64,000 nt of DNA from Sphingomonadaceae bacterium (GCA_046153865.1 JBJXFA010000068.1:16557-80556); one strand, 5' to 3'. Counted from the stretch's first letter, positions 36,465 through 54,950 are shown. Made by a program: numbers and translations. The notes: a model not told the origin generated them from the sequence alone.

Positions 36465-37436
36465 ATGGCAAGTTATCAAAACATCTTCACGCAAGTTCAG
36501 ATCATGGGTCCGCCCGAATACGGGCCAGGGCTCCCCCGCGAAGACAGTCCGCGCACCGGTGTCGGTGGCTTCAGCTACTGGGCGGGCAAGATCGGCAATG
36601 CACAGATCGGCCCCATTTATCTCGGCTGGTTCGGCACGCTGTCGATCGTGTTCGGCGTCATCGCGTTCGAGATCATCGGCCTCAACATGTGGGCCTCGGT
36701 CGGCTGGGATCCGATCCAGTTCGTCCGCCAGCTGTTCTGGCTCGCGCTCGAGACGCCCGATGCCAAATGGGGCTTCACGCCGTTCGTGCCGCTGGCCGAA
36801 GGTGGCTGGTGGATCCTGGCCGGCGCATTCCTCACGCTCTCGGTGATCCTCTGGTGGGTCCGCACATACCGGCGCGCACGCGCGCTCAACATGGGCACGC
36901 ATGTCGCCTGGGCGTTTGCGAGCGCGATCTTCCTGTTCCTCGTGCTCGGCTTCATCCGTCCGATGCTGATGGGCAGCTGGGCCGAAGCGGTGCCGTTCGG
37001 CATCTTCCCGCATCTCGATTGGACCGCCGCCTTCTCGATCCGCTACGGCAACTTGTTCTATAACCCTTTCCATTGCCTCTCGATCGTGTTCCTTTACGGG
37101 TCGACGCTGCTCTTTGCGATGCACGGCGCGACCGTGCTCGCCACCGGCCGCTACGGCGCCGAGCGCGAGATCGAGCAGATCACCGATCGCGGCACCGCGT
37201 TCGAACGCGGCGCACTGTTCTGGCGCTGGACGATGGGCTTCAATGCGACGGCGGAGTCGATCCACCGCTGGGCGTGGTGGTTCTCGGTGCTGACGACGCT
37301 GACCGGCGGGATTGGCATCCTGCTGACCGGCACGGTCGTCGACAACTGGTATCTGTGGGCGCAACAGCATCATTTCGCGCCGAGCTATCCACCGACCGGC
37401 ACGGTCGATCCGCTCACGCTTCCGGGAGCACAATGA
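36465..37436 (+). CDS. pufM: Photosynthetic reaction centre M subunit
   Basis: [43 protein letters not shown]. Confidence 0.98.
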   Translation: MASYQNIFTQVQIMGPPEYGPGLPREDSPRTGVGGFSYWAGKIGNAQIGPIYLGWFGTLSIVFGVIAFEIIGLNMWASVGWDPIQFVRQLFWLALETPDAKWGFTPFVPLAEGGWWILAGAFLTLSVILWWVRTYRRARALNMGTHVAWAFASAIFLFLVLGFIRPMLMGSWAEAVPFGIFPHLDWTAAFSIRYGNLFYNPFHCLSIVFLYGSTLLFAMHGATVLATGRYGAEREIEQITDRGTAFERGALFWRWTMGFNATAESIHRWAWWFSVLTTLTGGIGILLTGTVVDNWYLWAQQHHFAPSYPPTGTVDPLTLPGAQ

Positions 37437-38926
37437 TGAAGGCTTCACCTCTCCTCACCGCTTCGGTCGCTCCGCTCGCGCTGGTCCTGGCCTTAAGTGG
37501 CTGCGAGTTCGGCCCCAAGGTTTCGAACCAGATGGGCTATCGCGGCACCGGCGTGAACCAGATCGTCGATCGCGACTCCATCACACCGCAAGTTGCCATC
37601 CCGGCCAATGCCTATGAGACGCCCGCCGATGACAGCGGCCCGCGCGCCAGCGAAACCTACCAGAATGTGCAGGTCTTGGGCGGCGTTTCGACTGACCGGT
37701 TCAATCACTTCATGGCGCAGATGAACAATTGGGTGGTGCCCGCCCAAGGGTTGCCCGAAAGCGAGCAGGGCTGCAATTACTGCCACAATCCCGAGAACAT
37801 GGCGTCCGACGAGAAATACACCAAAGTGGTCTCGCGCCGGATGATCCAGATGACGCAGAATATTAACGCCAACTGGACGAGCCATGTCCAGCAAACCGGC
37901 GTCACCTGCTGGACCTGTCATCGCGGCCAGGCCGTGCCGACCTATCGCTGGGCCATGCCCGCAAGCGGCACGAACGGCACGATCGTGAACAACAAGCGCG
38001 GCCAGAACACGCCAGCCCCGCAAGTCGCCTTTGCGTCGCTGCCCAATGATCCATTCGGGCCGTATCTCACTGGCCCCAAAGTCGAGAACATCCGCGTCGG
38101 CGGCAACGTCCATCCGGGGATGACGACCGCATCGACCAAGGATGCCGAAAAGACCTATGGTCTGATGATGCATATGTCGGCCGGGCTCGGCGTCAACTGC
38201 ACCTATTGCCACAATACGCAGAACTTCCAGTCCTGGACGAACAGCACCAAACAGCGTGCCGTCGCTTGGCATGGCCTGCGGATGGTCGCGCAGGCGAACC
38301 ATGAGTATGTGACGCCACTCAGCCCGGTGATCCCGGTCAAGAGCGCGGTCGTCGGCTATGATGCCGCGCGCAAAGGCCCGATGGGCGATCCCTACAAGAT
38401 CAACTGCCAGACCTGCCACCAGAACATCTACAAGCCGATGTATGGCACGAGCATGCGCGCCGAAAACCCGGTGCTGTGGCCCGCAGCGCTTGCCATTACG
38501 ACGCGCGCACCCGTCGCCGATCCGAACGCGACCGCGGCGAGCTGCGATGCCGAATTCGCGCGCGCGCTGGCGGGCAAGACGATCGAGTTCGACACTGGTG
38601 CCGCGACGATCCGGGCGACATCCGCGCCGCTGCTCGACAATCTCGTGCAGGTGGCAGGGCGCTGCTCGAACTTCCGCATGTCAGTGGAGGGGCATACCGA
38701 CGCGACCGGCAATGCGGCGGCGAACATGACGCTCAGCGACGCGCGCGCCGAGGCGGTGACCAAGTATCTGACCGAACGCGGCGTCGCGGCCGGGCAGCTC
38801 GCCGCCACCGGATACGGCCCGACACGCCCGATCGACTCTTCGGGCAGCCCCGAAGGCAACCAGAAGAACCGCCGGATCGAAATAAACGTCGGCGGGGCGG
38901 CACCGGGGACGGCCGTGGGGCGCTAG
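37433..38926 (+). CDS. pufC: Tetraheme RC cytochrome fused to a C-terminal OmpA-like peptidoglycan-binding domain
   Basis: LSG-C lipobox; CNYCH, CWTCH, CTYCH, CQTCH; then IEF..EGHTD..N..LS..RA..V..YL..GYG..P..NRRIEI in the same frame. Confidence 0.93.
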   Translation: MMKASPLLTASVAPLALVLALSGCEFGPKVSNQMGYRGTGVNQIVDRDSITPQVAIPANAYETPADDSGPRASETYQNVQVLGGVSTDRFNHFMAQMNNWVVPAQGLPESEQGCNYCHNPENMASDEKYTKVVSRRMIQMTQNINANWTSHVQQTGVTCWTCHRGQAVPTYRWAMPASGTNGTIVNNKRGQNTPAPQVAFASLPNDPFGPYLTGPKVENIRVGGNVHPGMTTASTKDAEKTYGLMMHMSAGLGVNCTYCHNTQNFQSWTNSTKQRAVAWHGLRMVAQANHEYVTPLSPVIPVKSAVVGYDAARKGPMGDPYKINCQTCHQNIYKPMYGTSMRAENPVLWPAALAITTRAPVADPNATAASCDAEFARALAGKTIEFDTGAATIRATSAPLLDNLVQVAGRCSNFRMSVEGHTDATGNAAANMTLSDARAEAVTKYLTERGVAAGQLAATGYGPTRPIDSSGSPEGNQKNRRIEINVGGAAPGTAVGR

Positions 38927-39507
38927 CCGACGAAGCCGTTGGTCGGGATTGTCAGGTCTGACACGGTCAGGGCGCTGAGCGGTTCCCCGAAAGACACGCT
39001 ATCCGTCTGCAAATACCCGGCGGGTTGCGGGCTGGCGTGGCGAACGATGCGCTTACCCGCGCGGTCGACCACCCAATATTCGGGCACGCCATTGCGGGCG
39101 TACAGCAACGCCTTGCGGATAAAGTCGAAATCGAGCGAACTGTCTGAAACCTCGATGGCAATCCGCAGCCGCGCGAGCGGGAGCAACCCCTCTTCGATCT
39201 CGCCTTCGCGTTCGGCAATCGAAAGATCGGGTTCGGGGATCGAATCCTCCGACATATCGACGCTGCCCGCGCTGTAGACGACGAGTGTCGTGTCGATAGC
39301 GCGAAGCGCGAGACTGAGTTCCACATTTAGAACCGATTGTACGCGCGCGTCCCAGCGATGAACCGCATTCACGACCCAAATTTCCCCCTCAATCAATTCG
39401 GCGCGCGCATAGCCGTCAAACGCACCGCCTTCGGCAAGCCGGTTGAAATTAGCCGCCGTCAGTCGCGCGCGCTGCGGGGCAGGATCGATCCGCTGGTGGT
39501 AGGCCAC
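38923..39507 (-). CDS. Uma2 family (PD-(D/E)XK) endonuclease-like protein
   Basis: RAELIEGEI, H, PEPD, IEVSDSSL..D..K..LYA..GVPEYWVVD. Confidence 0.88.
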   Translation of the reverse strand: MAYHQRIDPAPQRARLTAANFNRLAEGGAFDGYARAELIEGEIWVVNAVHRWDARVQSVLNVELSLALRAIDTTLVVYSAGSVDMSEDSIPEPDLSIAEREGEIEEGLLPLARLRIAIEVSDSSLDFDFIRKALLYARNGVPEYWVVDRAGKRIVRHASPQPAGYLQTDSVSFGEPLSALTVSDLTIPTNGFVG

Positions 39508-39544
39508 AACGTTGATTCTAGCATTTTAGCGTCGCGTGCGCGAG

Positions 39545-40771
39545 TCACGCCGCCATCGGTTTCCTCGCCAGTGCGCACATGCTCCAGCATTCGCTTAGCG
39601 CTTCGACCAGCCGGTCGATGTCGCCGTCGGTGTGTACCGGGCTCGGCGTGATCCGCAGGCGTTCGGTGCCTTTGGGAACGGTCGGGTAGTTGATCGGCTG
39701 CACATAGATGCCGTGATTGTCCATCAGCCAGTCGCTGATCATCTTGGCGTGGTGCGGATCGCCGACCATGACGGGTATGATGTGGCTGGGATTGGGCAGG
39801 TGCGGGATGCCGAGCGCATCGAGGCGCTGGCGGACGATCTTGACGCGGTTCTGGTGGCGGACGCGCTCGATCTGGCTTTCCTTGAGGTGGCGGATCGAGG
39901 CGGCCGCGCCCGCTGCGATTGCGGGGGGTAAGGCGGTCGAGAAGATGAAGCCGCTCGCGAAGCTGCGGACGAAATCGCACACCGTTTTCGAGCCGGTGAT
40001 GTAGCCGCCCATCACGCCGAAAGCCTTGCCGAGCGTGCCTTCGATTACCGTGATCCGGTCCATCAGCCCTTCACGCTCGGCGATGCCCCCGCCGCGCGGA
40101 CCATAAAGGCCGACGGCGTGGACCTCGTCGATGTAGCTCATCGCGCCGTGCCGTTCGCAGACATCGAGGATTTCGGCGATCGGCGCGATGTCGCCGTCCA
40201 TCGAATAGACGCTTTCAAACGCGACCAGCTTGGGGCGACCCGGCTCGATCGTGGCCAGCAGCCGGTCGAGCTCTTGCGGGTCGTTGTGCCGGAACTTGAG
40301 GCATTGTGCACGGCTGTGGCGAATGCCTTCGATCATCGAGGCGTGGTTAAGCGCGTCCGACAAGACGACGCACCCCGGCAGGCGCGCGGCCAGCGTGCCA
40401 AGTGCCGCCCAGTTGGAGACATAGCCGCTGGTGAAGATCAGCGCGGCGTCCTTGCCATGGAGGTCGGCGAGTTCGGCCTCGAGCAGCACATGCTGGTGAC
40501 TGGTGCCCGAAATGTTGCGCGTGCCGCCTGCGCCCGCGCCGCAACGGTCGAGCGTTTCGTGCATCGCATCGAGCACTTTGGGATGCTGGCCCATGCCCAG
40601 ATAATCGTTCGAGCACCAGACGGTCACGTCCTGGACGCCGCCATCCTCGGTCCAGCGCCGCGCTCTTGGGTAGCTGCCGCGCTGACGCTCGAGCTCGGCG
40701 AAGACGCGGTAGTTGCCGGCCTCGCGCAAGCCATCGAGTTGCTCGCCCATCAGCGCTTCATAGTCGATCAT
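39545..40771 (-). CDS. hemA: 5-aminolevulinate synthase
   Basis: [43 protein letters not shown]. Confidence 0.96.
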   Translation of the reverse strand: MIDYEALMGEQLDGLREAGNYRVFAELERQRGSYPRARRWTEDGGVQDVTVWCSNDYLGMGQHPKVLDAMHETLDRCGAGAGGTRNISGTSHQHVLLEAELADLHGKDAALIFTSGYVSNWAALGTLAARLPGCVVLSDALNHASMIEGIRHSRAQCLKFRHNDPQELDRLLATIEPGRPKLVAFESVYSMDGDIAPIAEILDVCERHGAMSYIDEVHAVGLYGPRGGGIAEREGLMDRITVIEGTLGKAFGVMGGYITGSKTVCDFVRSFASGFIFSTALPPAIAAGAAASIRHLKESQIERVRHQNRVKIVRQRLDALGIPHLPNPSHIIPVMVGDPHHAKMISDWLMDNHGIYVQPINYPTVPKGTERLRITPSPVHTDGDIDRLVEALSECWSMCALARKPMAA

Positions 40772-40783
40772 CCGATCCTCCCC

Positions 40784-41539
40784 TTAACTTCGATTGTGCG
40801 CCGGGATTGCCCAGCGCCACAAGGCCCCGTCACGCAACGGCAGCACCAAAAACAGATGTTCGATCAGGCCGAGCACGGCGAGCCCGGTCAACAGCGACCA
40901 GCCGACGGCCTCGTCGGCGGCAAGCGCGCGCGCGGCCAGCCACCAGGTCAAGACGGCGATGGCTGCAAGCGAGACGAGCATCGCGACGCCCATCGGCCGC
41001 ACCCGGAAATAGCTTTTCAGATAGGCAAGCTGCGGCGGCAGGATGTCGGGCGTGAAATTGGGCACGCCCATGAAGATGTTGAGTTTGGTCGATAGACGCA
41101 AGCCAAAGAGCAAGCCGAATGCGGCAGCGCCGCTCCAGTTGGGCTGGCTCCAGCTCAGCGCGATCAACAACGCGAGCGTTGCCGCCAGCGCGATTTCGTG
41201 GTGGATCACGGTCGCCGCCGACAGCCGAAATCGCTCCCAGCCCTGCGCGCCAGCCGGAAGCGGGGCTTGCCGCGGCCCGGTGATGTGACCGGTGAGGAAG
41301 GCAAGCTCGTGCCAGCCCCAGATCGCGAATGCTGCCGTAAAGGCTGCATAGGCAGCGAATGGTTCGGCGCGATGGGCCGTCAGCGCGATCACCGCCGCCC
41401 CCGCAACCGCCGCCAGCCCCATGATGTAAAGCGCCAGCGGCCCGCGCGCCCGGTGATCAAGCGCGACGACGAGCGCGGTCGATAAAAACCACAGCATCGC
41501 CACATAGATGAGCGGCAGAAGATGCGTTGTTGCGCTCAC
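40784..41539 (-). CDS. puhE: Photosynthetic complex assembly protein PuhE (DUF3623)
   Basis: [38 protein letters not shown]; GTGA coupling to acsF. Confidence 0.88.
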   Translation of the reverse strand: MSATTHLLPLIYVAMLWFLSTALVVALDHRARGPLALYIMGLAAVAGAAVIALTAHRAEPFAAYAAFTAAFAIWGWHELAFLTGHITGPRQAPLPAGAQGWERFRLSAATVIHHEIALAATLALLIALSWSQPNWSGAAAFGLLFGLRLSTKLNIFMGVPNFTPDILPPQLAYLKSYFRVRPMGVAMLVSLAAIAVLTWWLAARALAADEAVGWSLLTGLAVLGLIEHLFLVLPLRDGALWRWAIPAHNRS

Positions 41540-42633
41540 CAGACGGGGGCCAGTCTGACTTTGGCAGGCAACGGGTTTTCCTCGGCGCGCTGGAAAAACA
41601 GCCGCGCAAAGGTCCAGCCAGCGGCGGCCATCGCGCCCAGCCGCCGCGCCTTGTTGAGGAGGCCGGATTTGCCCCGCAGCTCGTCCATCCGGCGCGAAAT
41701 GCGCAGCATGTCGTCCATCCGCGCGCGGAAGGCGGGGGTGTCGCAGTCGATCGCAATCGGGAAGCACTGGCGGCTGATCTCGGTGGTCAGGCGGAAGACA
41801 GCATAATCATAGTCGGTGATGTCCATGCCGAACGCATCGTAAAGCGCCGGGCGCGTATGATCGCGGACATACATGGTCGCATAGACCGACAGGATGAAAA
41901 AGCGGATCCACAGGCGGTTGATGCCCTTGGTCAACTTGGGATCGGCGCGGATGAGGAGTGCGAGCGCTTCGCCGTGGCGGAACTCGTCGTTGCACCAGCT
42001 TTCGAACCATTCGAAGATCGGGTGGAAGCGCTTTTCGGGATGCTGCTCGAGATGGCGGAAAATCTTGATATAGCGCGCATAGCCGATCTTTTCGGACAGA
42101 TAGGTGGCGTACCAGATGAATTTCGGCTGGAAATAGGTGTATTTCTTGGCCTTGGTCAGAAAGCCGAGATCGATGCCGATGCCTGCATCCTTCAGGCTGT
42201 CGTTGATGAAGCCGGCATGGCGGCTCTCGTCGCGCGCGAGGAATTTCATCAGCCGCTTCATGTCGGGATTCTTCGTCCGCCGCGCCATTTCGGCATAGAG
42301 GATGCAACCCGAAAATTCGGACGTCATCGACGAGAGCAGGAAATCGATGAACTCGCCGCGCAGCGTGGGTGGCAGGCGCTCGATCACCCCGTCGAACGAC
42401 GCGTTCTTCTTGAAATGCAGCTTGTTGGGGTCCGCTGCCATCTCGGCCATCAGCCCGTCCCACTCAGCGCGAACGCGTGAAACGTCGATCGCATCGAGTG
42501 CGTCGAAGTCGGTGGTGTAGAAGCGCGGCGACAGGATGGTCTCGTTCGAAACTTCGCGCTTCAGTTCGTCCACGCTCGGCATGGCGGGCGCAGGCGCGAT
42601 GGCCGCGGCGGACTTGAGGGCCAGGGTGCTCAT
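41536..42633 (-). CDS. acsF: Mg-protoporphyrin IX monomethyl ester oxidative (aerobic) cyclase
   Basis: [44 protein letters not shown] di-iron motifs. Confidence 0.96.
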   Translation of the reverse strand: MSTLALKSAAAIAPAPAMPSVDELKREVSNETILSPRFYTTDFDALDAIDVSRVRAEWDGLMAEMAADPNKLHFKKNASFDGVIERLPPTLRGEFIDFLLSSMTSEFSGCILYAEMARRTKNPDMKRLMKFLARDESRHAGFINDSLKDAGIGIDLGFLTKAKKYTYFQPKFIWYATYLSEKIGYARYIKIFRHLEQHPEKRFHPIFEWFESWCNDEFRHGEALALLIRADPKLTKGINRLWIRFFILSVYATMYVRDHTRPALYDAFGMDITDYDYAVFRLTTEISRQCFPIAIDCDTPAFRARMDDMLRISRRMDELRGKSGLLNKARRLGAMAAAGWTFARLFFQRAEENPLPAKVRLAPVW

Positions 42634-42914
42634 CGATGGTCTCCCGGCGAGAAGCCGATCTCGTAAAGCTCGGTCAGCGCGAGCCGCGCCTTGATCTGGG
42701 TCAACACCCGCTCCCAGGGCCGCGCCCGCGTGACGGTGGCCATGCGCCGCTCGTTGAGCGTTCCGCCAAAGGGAACCACGATGCGCTTGCCGTGCACGCG
42801 CACCCGGTCGCCCGCGCCGAGCGCGACGTCGCCGTCCAGCGTCACGTGCGCGTGGAGATGCTCGAAGCTGTGCGCCACCTCGATCGTGCAGCCGGTCTCG
42901 AAGGAACGGCTCAT
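42630..42914 (-). CDS. Conserved 94-aa PGC hypothetical protein between puhC and acsF
   Basis: CTIEV.H.FE.LHAHV.LDG...[21 protein letters not shown]; ATGA coupling on both sides. Confidence 0.8.
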   Translation of the reverse strand: MSRSFETGCTIEVAHSFEHLHAHVTLDGDVALGAGDRVRVHGKRIVVPFGGTLNERRMATVTRARPWERVLTQIKARLALTELYEIGFSPGDHR

Positions 42915-43384
42915 TTGAGCAGCGCCCGGAAGGCGGCGACATTGGTCGTGCCAAAGCCGTTCAGCTCGATCGTGCGCCCGGTGGCGAGATCGGTGAGCGA
43001 AAGCTGGCCATTGGCCCAGGCGGTCAGGCGGAAAGCGGCAGCGTCGGCACCAAGCCCTGCCTTGGTGCGCTCGCGCGCCAGCCCGCGCATGACCCCGCGG
43101 ATGAAGCCCGTTTCGCTCCCGGCTGCGACGATTCCGGCGACCGAGCCGGTCGAAACATCGACGATGCGCACCGAATTGTCGGCCTCGTCGGTGAAGCGCA
43201 GGTCGCGGGTGGCGAGCGCCTGCACGCCCGCGGCGGCGCGCTCGGCAATCGGCGAGGCGGCGGGCGGGAGTCCGGCGATCCGCGCAACGCTGACGACGCT
43301 GAGCGCGGTGCCGACGAGGACGCCGGCCAGGATCAGCATGCCCTTGGGGAACGGTTCTTGCGCGTGATGATGGCTGCTGCTCAT
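42911..43384 (-). CDS. puhC: Photosynthetic complex assembly protein PuhC
   Basis: Single [32 protein letters not shown]. Confidence 0.9.
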   Translation of the reverse strand: MSSSHHHAQEPFPKGMLILAGVLVGTALSVVSVARIAGLPPAASPIAERAAAGVQALATRDLRFTDEADNSVRIVDVSTGSVAGIVAAGSETGFIRGVMRGLARERTKAGLGADAAAFRLTAWANGQLSLTDLATGRTIELNGFGTTNVAAFRALLK

Positions 43385-43977
43385 GCTGCCAGCGCCTCGG
43401 GTTGTGCAGGCGCGCGCGCGACGGCGAGCGAGGCTCCGCAGGCGCGGGCGAGAAGTGCGGCGACCTTGCGCGCCTCGGGCACCGCGCGCAACATCGGCTG
43501 CGGATGCACGATCGTCCACGGGCGCGCATGCGGCCAGAGCATCGCATAGCCCAGCGGCATCCGGTCGTTGGTGCGCAGCGCGATATCGCCGCTGCCATTG
43601 CCCGCAAGTTTGAGATCCGCCGCGCCGATCTGGCCGAGCGGCAGATTGATGCAGGTCGAGACCGCCATACCGATGCGCAGCACCATCCGCCGGTCGGTCA
43701 GCGTGTAGATCGTCGTATGCGCGGAAAACCACGCCATCAGCGACAGCACGCCGACCGCCAGCGCGCCGAAGCCAATCGTGATCGCGATGCCGACGAGACT
43801 GCCGCCGCTCAGCGCACCCCAAACGGCGAGCACCACGAAATAGAGCGCAACCGGCCGGATATGAAACGCCGCAACTGCAAGCTGCTTCCAGTCGGGTTTG
43901 CCCTGCCAGAGCATCGTTTCGCCGCGCGGCAAGCGTCCGGGCAGGCCGGGGACGGGTTCGAAGTCGTGCTCGCTCAC
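43381..43977 (-). CDS. puhB: Photosynthetic complex assembly protein PuhB
   Basis: EPVPGLP..LP.GE..LWQG.P, YTLTDRR..LRIG, LWPHARPW. Confidence 0.92.
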   Translation of the reverse strand: MSEHDFEPVPGLPGRLPRGETMLWQGKPDWKQLAVAAFHIRPVALYFVVLAVWGALSGGSLVGIAITIGFGALAVGVLSLMAWFSAHTTIYTLTDRRMVLRIGMAVSTCINLPLGQIGAADLKLAGNGSGDIALRTNDRMPLGYAMLWPHARPWTIVHPQPMLRAVPEARKVAALLARACGASLAVARAPAQPEALAA

Positions 43978-44735
43978 AGCAGCGGCTCCTGCCGCGCGCG
44001 GCTCGAATAGAGGTATCCGCCGCCGAAATAGCCGAGCACGCGCTCTTCGCCCAGGAAGGTGATGATTCCGTCAGCGGGCGCGACGGGTGCCTCGGCGAAC
44101 TGCGCTGCGTTGATCGAATCCGTGACGACGCCCGCCTTGCGCACGACGCACATCGCCATCGGGACGAGCACCGAGCGGGTGCCGGTATCGACTGCGAGGT
44201 AGCGGATCAGGCGATCGGCCTTGTCGATCCATAGGTCGGTGACCGTCCCGGCGCGCACCCCGTCCGACCCGATCATCGGCAGGCCGCGCGGATCGGTATC
44301 GTTCGGCGAAACCCACATACCGCTGTTGCCGATGGGAACGATGCGCGGATGCCCCTCCATGTCGATATCGGGCACGTCGGCGCGATTGGCATAGGCAGCG
44401 GGGCCGATGCCGTCGACGAGCGGATTGCCCGTCGGCACATAGGGCGATCCGGGCGAGCGATCCATCCGCCGCGCCGCAATCTCGACCGGCTCGCGCGCAT
44501 GCGGATTGGGCACGGTCACGGTGCCGCGATCGAAGGGCAGGCGGAAGATCTTCTTCTTCGGCAAGGGCACGATATCGAGCCCGGTTTCGTAGCGGCCGGT
44601 GACCGCATCCTCGAGCGGATAGCCCTCGCGATAGGATTCGCGCTGGAGATAGATAACCAGCGCGATGAAGAAGCCGAGGAATGCCCAGAATGCCAGCAGG
44701 GCGATGTCGATATCTCCGGCAAGGGTGTAGGACAT
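43974..44735 (-). CDS. puhA: Photosynthetic reaction centre H subunit
   Basis: N-terminal TM, YLQRES.REGYPL, PTGNPL.DGIGPA, PRC-barrel, ITF..EERV.GYFGGG. Confidence 0.96.
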   Translation of the reverse strand: MSYTLAGDIDIALLAFWAFLGFFIALVIYLQRESYREGYPLEDAVTGRYETGLDIVPLPKKKIFRLPFDRGTVTVPNPHAREPVEIAARRMDRSPGSPYVPTGNPLVDGIGPAAYANRADVPDIDMEGHPRIVPIGNSGMWVSPNDTDPRGLPMIGSDGVRAGTVTDLWIDKADRLIRYLAVDTGTRSVLVPMAMCVVRKAGVVTDSINAAQFAEAPVAPADGIITFLGEERVLGYFGGGYLYSSRARQEPLL

Positions 44736-44752
44736 GGCGTCTTCCTTTCGCG

Positions 44753-46131
44753 TCAGGCAGGGAATTCGGCGAGGCCGAACCGCTGCGAGGGGATGAGAGT
44801 CTCGCGCGCGCGCCGCCCGACAAGCGGGCCGATCGCGACGAGCGTTGCAAGCAACAACAGGATTTCGATGAGATAGACCGCGGTGTAGCCGGTGGTCGCG
44901 TCGCCTGCGCCGAAGGCTTCGCGCAGGATGCCGCCCAGCGCGATCGCGGTGCCCGCGCAGGAGGCCTGCACCGCGCCCCACGCGCCGAGCGCCAGCCCCG
45001 AGCGCCCGCTTTGCGACAGTGCCATCGCCGCCGTCAGCGTGCCGACCGAAAACAACCCGCCGCCAAAGCCCAGCACCGCCGCGCCGAGCGCGAGTAATGT
45101 CGGCGACTGTGCGGGGGCAGCAAAGATGATCATCAGGAACGCGCCAATCCCGGCGACCCCGCCGTTGCCCGCCAGCCGGTGCGTATCGCCACCGTTCGTG
45201 AGCGTCCGGGCGGCAAGCGCGAAACCACCAAGTGTGCCCAATGCCCAGAGCGCGGTCAGCGACGTCGTCGCGCTCACCGAAAGCCCCAGCACCTGGCCGC
45301 CATAGGGCTCGAGCAGAACGTCCTGCATTGCAAAAGCTGCCGCGCCAAAGCCGGTGGCAAGCAGCAGCCGCTTGGCGTCGGGCTGGCTCACGAATGCGGC
45401 CCAGACATCCCCGAACGCCGGACGCTCGGCTGCGCTGCGGGGAAGCGCACCGCGCGCCTCCTGCTTCCACAGCGCGACCGTGTTGAACACCATCGTCAGC
45501 ACCGCGCCCGTCGAGACCACCTGAACGAGCCGCGTCGCCGAAAAGTCGGCCAGCGCCTGACCGATCGCGACCGCGCTCACCATCGTGCCGATGAGCAGCA
45601 TGACGTAGAGCAGCGCGACCACGCGCGGGGCTTTGTCGGCGGTCGCCAGATCGGTTGCGAGCGCCAGTCCCGCCGTCTGCGTCGTGTGCATACCCGCGCC
45701 GACCAGCAGAAACGCAAGTGCCGCCCCCGTGTGGCCGATCCATGCTGGCCCCGCGCCACCGCCCGACATCACGAGCAGCGCAAACGGCATGATCGCCAGC
45801 CCGCCGAACTGCAGCAGCGATCCGAACCAGATATAGGGCACGCGCCGCCAGCCGAAGACCGAGCGGTGCGTATCGGACTTGTGGCCGATCAGCGCGCGCA
45901 TCGGCGCGAACAGCAGCGGTAGCGCGACCATGATCGCAACGAGCGCGCTGGACATGCCAAGCTCGACAATCATCACGCGATTCAGCGTTCCGGTGAGCAG
46001 GACGGCGGTCATGCCGACCGAGACCTGAAATAGCGACAGGCGCAGGATGCGGGTCAGCGGCAGATCGGCGCTTGCGGCATCGGCAAAGGGCAGAAAGCGC
46101 GTGCCGATGCCGGTCCAGAAGGCGGCGCGCA

Positions 46132-46135
<4 letters not shown>
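44753..46135 (-). CDS. lhaA: PucC-family LH1 assembly protein
   Basis: RLSLFQVSVGM, TLNRVMIVEL, QDVLLEPYGG; upstream of puhA. Confidence 0.9.
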
Positions 46136-51391
<5,256 letters not shown>

Positions 51392-51417
<26 letters not shown>

Positions 51418-53013
51418 CGTAAAGCGTGTCGAGGGATATCGACACTAGGCCATGCGCGGCGGCATAGGCTTCGGTGTTACGACGTGCCTTGCCGCGCACG
51501 AAGAAGGGGATTTTCTTCAATTCGGTTTCGGCCTCAGCGTCCCATAAATCCCCCCCGGAACGGGGAGGTGGCGCGCGGAGCGTGACGGAGGGGTCGCTCG
51601 ACGCGCTCTCCAAAGCCTCGGATTCGCCGCGCGCTTCACCCGGCCCCTCCGGTCCTTCGGACCACCTCCCCGTTCCGGGGAGGATCTGGCCGTGGCCCAG
51701 ATGGCTCGCGCCGTGTGCATCTGAGAATTCGAAATCGTCGCGGAACATCGTCAGCAGATGCTCTTCGAGGCCCATCGTCAGCGGGTGAATCAGCGTATCG
51801 AACAAGACGTTCGCGCCTTCAAAGCCCATGAAGGGCGAATGGCGCGCGGGAAAATCCTGGACATGGACGGGGGCCGAGATCACCGCGCAGCCGATGCCGA
51901 GCCGCTTGGCGATGTGGCGCTCCATCTGCGTGCCGAGCACGAGTTCGGGCTGGAGTGCGGCGATCGCGCTCTCGACTTCGAGATAGTCGTCGGTGATCAG
52001 CGGCTCGAGGCCGTGCTCCTCCGCCGCAGCGCGCAGATCGCGGGCGAATTCGCGGTTGTAGCAGCCGAGGCCGACGACCGCGAACCCCATCTCGTCGCGC
52101 GCGACCTTGGCGAGCGCGATCGCATGCGTCGCGTCGCCGAAGATGAAGACGCGCTTGCCGGTGAGGTAGGTCGAATCGACCGAGCGGCTCCACCATGGCA
52201 GCCGCGACGAAGCGGCGAGCACCGGCGCGGGATCGACGCCTGCGAGTGCGGCGACCTCGCGCACGAAATCGCACGTAGCACCATGGCCGATCGGGATCGT
52301 GCGCACGCAGGGCTGGCGAAAGGTGCGTTCGAGCCAGCGGGCGGCCTGATCGCCGGTTTCGGGATAGAGCAGGATATTGAAATCGGCCGCGCCGATCTGC
52401 GCGATGTCGGCGGGCGATGCGCCGAGTGGCGCGACGAGATGGACGTCGATGCCGAGGCGATCGAGCAGTGTGGTGATCTCGGCCACGTCGTCGCGGTGGC
52501 GGAAGCCGAGTGCCGTGGGTCCAAGCAGATTGGCGCGAGCGCGGCGCCCTTCGAGCGGCGTGCGCACCACCGTCTTGTCGGCGAGATGGCGCACGAGCTG
52601 GTAGAAGGTCTCGGACGCGCCCCAGCTTTCCTTGCGGCTGTAGCTCGGCAGTTCGAGCGCGATCACCGGTACGGGGAGGTGCATCGCCTCCATCAGCCCG
52701 CCCGGATCGTCCTGGATCAGCTCGGCGGTGCATGATGCGCCGACGAGGATCGCCTGCGGCTGGTAGCGCTCATAGGCGTCACGCGCGGCCGACTGGAACA
52801 ACTCGGCGGTATCGGTGCCGAGATCGCGTGCCTGGAAGGTCGTGTAGGTGACGGGCGGGCGCTTGCCGCGCCGTTCGATCATCGTGAACAATAGGTCGGC
52901 GTAAGTGTCGCCCTGCGGCGCATGCAGCACGTAATGCACACCCGTCATCGCCGTCGCGACGCGCATCGCGCCGACATGCGGCGGGCCTTCGTAGGTCCAG
53001 ACGGTTAGTTGCA

Positions 53014-53014
<1 letters not shown>
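51392..53014 (-). CDS. bchB: DPOR subunit B, with in-frame palindrome insert before the C-terminal PCP domain
   Basis: [48 protein letters not shown]. Confidence 0.96.
51547..51686 (-). repeat. ~140-bp palindromic element (copy C), in frame within bchB
   Basis: Arms AATCCCCCCCGGAACGGGGAGGTGG / CCACCTCCCCGTTCCGGGGAGGATC; encodes ILPGTGRW...PPPRSGGD. Confidence 0.9.
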
Positions 53015-54728
<1,714 letters not shown>

Positions 54729-54778
54729 CTGCAGCCTCTCCTCCGCCTTGCCGGGAGACTGGCAAAGCCCATGAAAAG

Positions 54779-54812
54779 TGTCAAATCTTTTTGACGTCTA
54801 GAATAAATGACA
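54779..54812. promoter_or_regulatory. Near-consensus PpsR operators in bchF/aerR divergent promoter
   Basis: TGT-N12-ACG (54779-54796) and CGT-N12-ACA (54795-54812). Confidence 0.6.
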
Positions 54813-54950
54813 AAATCCTGGGTGTCGTTTGAGGGGGAATTGCCATCGAAATGAAACCGACATAAGCTCCGATTCGTCTAAGGTGCGCACAGCAACCCTG
54901 AGCGACGCGAACAGGTCGCGCCGCCCGGCGAGGTGGGGAGAGGCCGAACG

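Noticed and set aside
37073-37432. ORF-track N-terminal extensions (pufC, bchY, bchB, bchL, acsF, crtF, hemH, phbB, bchP and others)
   Set aside because: They run through the upstream gene; true starts sit at coupled ATGA/GTGA overlaps or RBS-preceded codons
38927-39544. pufX downstream of pufM/pufC
   Set aside because: No short TM ORF on the puf strand; the space is occupied by the Uma2 gene
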